Below, one piece after another: positions 34,050 through 39,230 of a DNA stretch of 39,230 nucleotides (position 1 is the stretch's first letter; each line of letters opens with the position of its first letter). Under the pieces are notes generated by a model. The model worked only from the letters and a program-made list of their open reading frames with translations, ran no database searches and had not been told where the DNA came from. The DNA lies in assembly GCF_001194135.2 (NCBI RefSeq), contig NC_068990.1, positions 50,802,963-50,842,192 of the forward strand, given 5' to 3'. The stretch comes from Octopus bimaculoides (taxonomy: Eukaryota). Made by a program: the position numbers and the translations under genes.

Positions 34050-35830
34050 TGGGCAGTTCTAGAAATACATGTTGCCAGTCATCCTGTTTCTTTTTCATCA
34101 ATCTTCATGAGGTTCAAGGTTCTGAGATAGCCTTCACCACTTTGTCTCATGTCTTCTTAAGTCTCTATCATCCACAAGCTCCATCCACATTTAGTGATCA
34201 GCACATCTTTATACAGCTGTTCTCATCCATATGCATCACATGTCCATACCAGTGCAGCCTTCTTTCTTCAACATTATATCTAATTCTTCTTATGTCTAGT
34301 TTTTCTCTCAATGCATTTGTATTCTGTCATTCATGCATGCTTACATTGCACATCCAATGGGGAATCTAGTTGTATTTCTTTCCAGCCTTCTCAAGTCCTC
34401 TGCATTCACTATGTCTCACTACCATGCCCCATTGCATTTCTAACACAAGTGTCATACAATTTGTTCTTCTCTCTGAGGGAAAAAAAACTTTGTTGCCAGC
34501 AGCTGCAGTAGCTCCTATGAATTTTCTTCAACCTGTGCTTAACTACTGTATATTCACAGCAACCACCTACCCTGCTAATTACAACTAGCTACTGACTACT
34601 GCTAGTGAGCCATCCAGGCATTTAAAAGAATCTATTTCTGGTGTGTTCCATTGCATTTGTCACATATGATGCTTACTTTCTCTGGTAGTCTACTTGTCAT
34701 TCCACTACACCTCTTGTGTGTTCATAGCTTACAACTGGTACAATGTTTGGAGTTTACATTTACTCTGCTGTTGCAAATCAAGCACGTCATTTTCCGGATG
34801 ATACCAAAGTCCTGTCTTCTTTCTAGTATGCATATACCTTAGTGTTTGCAAAGTTTATCTTAAGGCCTCCCAATTCTAGATTTAGCTTCCATGCTTGGAA
34901 TTTTTCCTTTAGTTCCACTATAGATTCAGCTATAAGAACTAAATTATCAGCATAGAGGAGTTCCTATGGACAGCCAGTATTAAATTCCTCTGTGATGGCC
35001 TGCTGGGTTATGATGAATACGAGGAACAATGAACATTAATGAACTCCTACATTCATACTAAATCTGTTATTGAAATTGTTGTTGATTCCCATTTTACTTA
35101 CTGTATCTTTGTACATATCTTGTACAACCATCACAACCCATTTGTCTACACCTAGTTTCCAATTACAGAGCATCGTATTTTGTCAAATGCCTTTTCCAAA
35201 TCAACAAAGGCCAGGTACAGTGATTTACTCTTAGTTTAATATTTCTCCTACAGTTACCTCACTAAGAAGATTGAATCCATGGTACCTCTTCTGGGCTCAG
35301 AGCTGAATTGTATCTTATCTAGGTATACTTAGTCACAGATTAATTGTTATATGATTTTCTCTATGATCTTCATAAGCAGTTTGATTACCAAAGCATCTTT
35401 CTAAAGCATCTCCTTTACTTGTGTAGTATTTTATGATGACACTGATATACTAATTATTGGATATGATACCTTCCTGTATAACTTGATTAACTATCCAGCT
35501 GGTAATCAGAAATCTTACCTCACTAGATGTTTTGAGCACCTCTGCAACTATTCCTGGTGGACCCAGAGCTTTCTCTCTCTTCATGTTCCTTATTGATTCA
35601 TTTACTATGCTGCTGTCAACTTGAATTGCTGGTCCCTTTGTAGGATCAGCATGAGATAGCCCCTCTATATCCCATGCATTCTCCACATTCAGCAACCTGT
35701 CATAACAGCACTTCTATATCACTTTCTTGTCTTCCATATCTATGGTGTGTATGCCTTCATCATTCTGAATACACTTCTTACTAATGAGGTCTCACTTCTC
35801 TCTCACACACTGTCTTGCAATCCTGAACAC
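34050..35830 (-). mobile_element. RTE LINE fragments (main family), old
   Basis: Homologous to 5900-7650: DPTKGPAIQVDSSIV, KALGPPGIVAE, DLEKAFD, GCP.ELLYADNL, C-terminal region to ~34050. Confidence 0.85.
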
Positions 35831-35929
35831 TTCATGCTTCTGATACTCACTTTACAGGATGCATATAATTTTTTACAGATATTAATATCAAATAATTAAG
35901 GAAAGCGAAAGTATTACTGTTAACATTAC

Positions 35930-36034
35930 TTTATATTTCTCTTCATCTCCCAATATTTGGGGATTTGTTAAACCATGAATACAAGCATCCAAAAGGTCAT
36001 TGTACATCTTCTTTTCCCAAAGACCACGACACAA
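35930..36034 (-). CDS. GTF3C3: GTF3C3 coding exon (105 nt, phase 0 to 0): LCRGLWEKKMYNDLLDACIHGLTNPQILGDEEKYK
   Basis: Acceptor attttttctttttatAG, donor GTaatg; open frame; its end GDEEKYK joins EAEFL, paralleling recalled human DDRQKRK-ELEYF. Confidence 0.88.
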
Positions 36035-36699
36035 CTATAAAAAGAAAAAATATAGATTAAAGCAGCAAAATGAAATAATATTTTTGAGTTCAACTTTATT
36101 TTGGTGCAAGACAATTCAAAAAATTTTTTTTAAAATTATATCCAGAAATACACACAGCTAAAATGTATTTGCTTATATTTCTCTAAGCTCAAGTTTATCT
36201 GATAAATATTGTATATCATATTTCTGCTGATACTTTGTTAGCACCTATTCTTCCCCTGATAGCATGATTTTGAAATTTCTGGAGTATTGCCAAACTGCTT
36301 AACCCTTTCTTATCTGATATAAGACTCAACATCCAAAGATTTGGTTTCACCACTACCTTGCATGTCTTACACTGCCATAAGTAATTCTCAATCCTCATTG
36401 AGCTTCCTGGTAAAGTCAAGGCCAGATGTCTATAAAAGTGATGTAGGGAAGAACATTGTGGCTTTCATTCTGAATGCTGCACAACCAACTAGATATTCAC
36501 TCCATGTTAGGTCTCCAGGAAATTGTGAGAATATTGCCTAAAAGTGTATTCTTGTTCCATAAACTTTGCTATGGCATATGACCTCATACTGCAGAACATC
36601 CATGGAAGGTTTTACAGCATTTTGAGATTAATGGGCAACTTCTTAGTTGCTGTGAAGTCCCTATATAAATAATGCTATGTCAAAACCTTTCAATGTGGG

Positions 36700-36850
36700 C
36701 ATTGGACTTCAGGAGTGTGTATTATCACCTCTCTTTGCATGAACTAGATTGACATGTACACTCATTGTGGAAGTGGTATCACAGAGGGTATAGGATCGGT
36801 CAGCTGATATTTGCAGATGACACGGAAAGTGCAATGATGATTGCTTCTCA
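36700..36850 (+). mobile_element. Very old LINE RT remnant
   Basis: Decayed G..Q.CV.S.LF followed by RIGQLIFADD. Confidence 0.5.
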
Positions 36851-37490
36851 GAGGATCTTATGGAGGAGTTACCTGAGACTCTACCCCCATGACCCTCCCA
36901 GGAATAGTGGGCAGAGAAAATGGATGGTAAAACAAATTGTTTCATTCAGTACTCATAGTCCATATCAATATTGTGATCTGTACTGCATAAATGGGTTTTT
37001 AATGCCCAGTTATATTTTTGTACTGCTCATATTGTCTCAACTGTTTTTTTTTTTAGGTGGAGGCATACAAGTAATCCAATTGACCATACAACTCCCTTCT
37101 TCCCATTCTCTACAAATGTTATGTATTGTTTAATGCCTGTCTTAGTAACATGCAGCATTGCATTTTATGCATGTTTCAAACAGTTAGCCTTCTGAACAGA
37201 AAAAGAAACATTTCAGTATCAAACTCTAACATTCTTCCATCCCTTTCTTAGTCTAGTCACAATAAGTTTACTGTAACCACTCAAAGCATTAATTGTGCCA
37301 TGTAGATAAGTGCCTATTTATAGTGAATTTATGAATAATTTACAGCTTTATTTTATAGCCTATTTTATAACCAGATTTCCTATCAATTTACCACTGAGCC
37401 CATTGCATCTCTTTTGTGACCATTTCTTTTATTGGGTGCTTACAAGTGTTTACTTATTTATCAAATGTATTTTCCTAATGTCAAAGATAT

Positions 37491-37713
37491 TTTATACTCT
37501 TTTTACTCTTTTACTTGTTTCAGTCATTTGACTGCGGCCATGCTGGAGCACCATCTTTAGTCGAATCAAATTGACCCCCACGACTTATTCTTTGTAAGCC
37601 TAGTACTTATTCTATCAGTCTCTTTTGCCGAACCGCTAAGTTACGGGGACCTAAACACACCAGCATCGGTTGTCAAGTGATGCTGGGGTGGAGGGACAAA
37701 CACACAAACATAT

Positions 37714-37745
<32 letters not shown>

Positions 37746-37916
37746 ATATATACGACAGGGTTCTTTCAGTTTCTGTCTACCAAATCCACTCACAAGGCTT
37801 TGGTCGGCCCGAGGCTATAGTAGAAGACACTTGCCCAAGGTGCCACGCAGTGGGACTGAACCCGATACCATGTGGTTAGTAAGCAAGCTATTTAACACAC
37901 AGCCACTCCTGCGCCT
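37491..37916 (-). mobile_element. tRNA-derived, CORE-like SINE with internal (TA)n and LINE-like 3' tail
   Basis: Head AGGCGCAGGAG, A box TGGCTGTGTGT (37905-37895), B box GGTTCAGTCCC (37862-37852), CORE-like GTGGCACCTTGGGCAA (37846-37831), tail GGTGCTCCAGCATGGCCGCAGTCAAATGACTGAAACAAGTAAAAGAG with A-rich repeats. Confidence 0.92.
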
Positions 37917-38250
37917 ATGTTCAAAATTACTAATTAATAATTCAATTTTTGCCATGTGAAACATGACTGAAAACAACTATTCCAATACATCAAAAACTAG
38001 GATAGTTTATAAAAATAAAATGACACCAGAGTAAATGAAAGCAAGAAATGTTTACCAGTAGTTCATACTCACTTCAGAATTATCAGAAATCATTTATAAA
38101 AATGCTTAAGTACAGAGCAAGGCTTTGTTAATTGACAAAAAAATCTTATCAGCATAACATTACTAATTAGTTCAAATACCATAACAAAGAAATTAAAAAA
38201 AAAAAACATCATGTTAGGTGTGTATATTCATAAAGAAGGTTTACACATAC

Positions 38251-38294
38251 CATCAAAAATATATCCCAAAGATCATCAGCAGAAACAAGTGTTT
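38251..38294 (-). CDS. GTF3C3: GTF3C3 coding exon (44 nt, first 2 nt complete the previous codon, ends phase 0): TLVSADDLWDIFLM
   Basis: Acceptor ttttagaatatttttcAG, donor GTatgt; only one frame is open; matches recalled human SVLTKDDWWNLLLK and joins the next exon in frame. Confidence 0.85.
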
Positions 38295-38339
38295 CTGAAA
38301 AATATTCTAAAAAGAAAAGGAATAAATTAAGTTATTTAG

Positions 38340-38960
38340 AGTTTAATCAGTTATCAAAAATACAAATAGAGAAAAATGAGTGATTTTTTTATTGTTATGC
38401 TAAGATCAAATGTTTTCTTAAAATGGATAATATCCTTCCTTACTGGTTCATTAGTATTCTTAGCAAAAGCATCATCCCTATAAATAGCGCAATAAATAGC
38501 AGGAAAAGCTTTTCCTAATTTGTCACGCAGGAATAGCCCAATGAGATCGAAAGCACCCTCTATGTAAGCTAAAGAGCAAGATCTTTCTTGCTGAAGAGCA
38601 AGGTCTTTCTAGTATGGAGGATTATATTCTTATCTTGTTCACTAATCTCTATAAAATCACTTGCGAAAGTGAGGGCTTTATCTAGCAGTTTTCTAGATGC
38701 ATAGAAATCTACACTATCAAATTGTGCAAATCTTGCTTTATTCTTAATTCTAATTGTTTTAAACCAGCTAACAACTTCTATACTATTGGACCATTGTACT
38801 AAATTAGTTGCTCTTCTAACTTTAGCATTGACTTTGCTTAAAATTTCTTTACAAATTATACCAATATCTGATTTTGTAAAATGTATGTATATCTTATCGC
38901 TCCTTAAAATTATGGCTTTTAAGTGTTGATTTCTCAGCCCAAGAATTACAGCGTGATGTG
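38340..38960 (-). mobile_element. Penelope-like RT remnant
   Basis: KSDIGIICKEILSKVNAKVRRATNLVQWSNSIEVVSWFKTIRIKNKARFAQFDSVDFYAS, LLDKALTFAS, IGLFLRDKL...AIYRDDAF. Confidence 0.85.
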
Positions 38961-38978
38961 CTGCTTGACTGGTCCCCC

Positions 38979-38993
38979 CTCTCTCTCTCTCTT

Positions 38994-39024
<31 letters not shown>

Positions 39025-39092
39025 ATGATGATGATCTTTTCTCCCGCCATGCCTCTGTCTACCCCTCCATCCTCTCTCTCTCTCTCTCTCTC
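38979..39092. repeat. Compound microsatellite (CT)n-(TA)n-(GAT)n-(CT)n
   Basis: Direct reading. Confidence 0.85.
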
Positions 39093-39230
39093 GTAGTTTT
39101 TCCTTAAGGTCTTCAGGTTCTGGCTATATATAAATGAGAAATCCATTCTAAATTATCTCAATCTCTTCTCCGCTGACATACTACGACGAAGTCTCCAAGA
39201 TGCAGATAAGATAGAGATTTTTATTTATTT

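Noticed and set aside
37090-37192. Good acceptor tgtttctttttctgttcAG on the minus strand
   Set aside because: Stops in all three frames within 30 nt; not needed, since 38251 joins 36034 in frame.
38066-38150. GTGAGT donor on the minus strand at ~38072
   Set aside because: The phase-0 frame has TAA 8 codons upstream, there is no suitable acceptor and no GTF3C3 similarity.
1-39230. CRISPR arrays, operons, rRNA or true tRNA genes
   Set aside because: No regularly spaced repeat-spacer array or RNA gene found; the only tRNA-like sequence is the SINE head, and the DNA is spliceosomal-intron eukaryotic.

Overview
Eukaryotic, AT-rich, repeat-saturated genomic DNA with several assembly gaps. The SINE, RTE and Penelope families look like those of Octopus (coleoid cephalopod); this is recognition from memory, not a database result. 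No prokaryotic features (operons, CRISPR, rRNA) are present. None of the ORF-track entries is a host gene: they are transposon fragments, low-complexity sequence or N-spanning artefacts. Reading the minus strand by hand reveals five short GT-AG coding exons (38294-38251, 36034-35930, 20390-20304, 18926-18828, 16637-16562). They splice in frame into a peptide matching the C-terminal TPR region of GTF3C3 (TFIIIC102/Tfc4), so most or all of the window is intronic to this gene. The introns hold two decayed Ty3/Gypsy elements (one CsRn1-like, one Mag-like), many RTE LINE fragments, a CR1-like LINE, two Penelope-like (RT/GIY-YIG) remnants, two mariner derivatives, a hAT remnant and a tRNA-derived CORE-like SINE. 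The most interesting observations are: (i) a diverged tandem duplicate of the 5' half of a GTF3C3 exon with its own acceptor and donor (candidate poison exon); (ii) a minimal type I hammerhead ribozyme inside a non-coding direct/inverted-repeat unit (retrozyme/Penelope-like); (iii) a fold-back mariner forming a ~250-bp hairpin between two coding exons; (iv) a SINE and a LINE sharing a 3' tail; (v) an RTE apparently split by a ~3.7-kb inversion; (vi) a -1 frameshift heptamer with a candidate pseudoknot.
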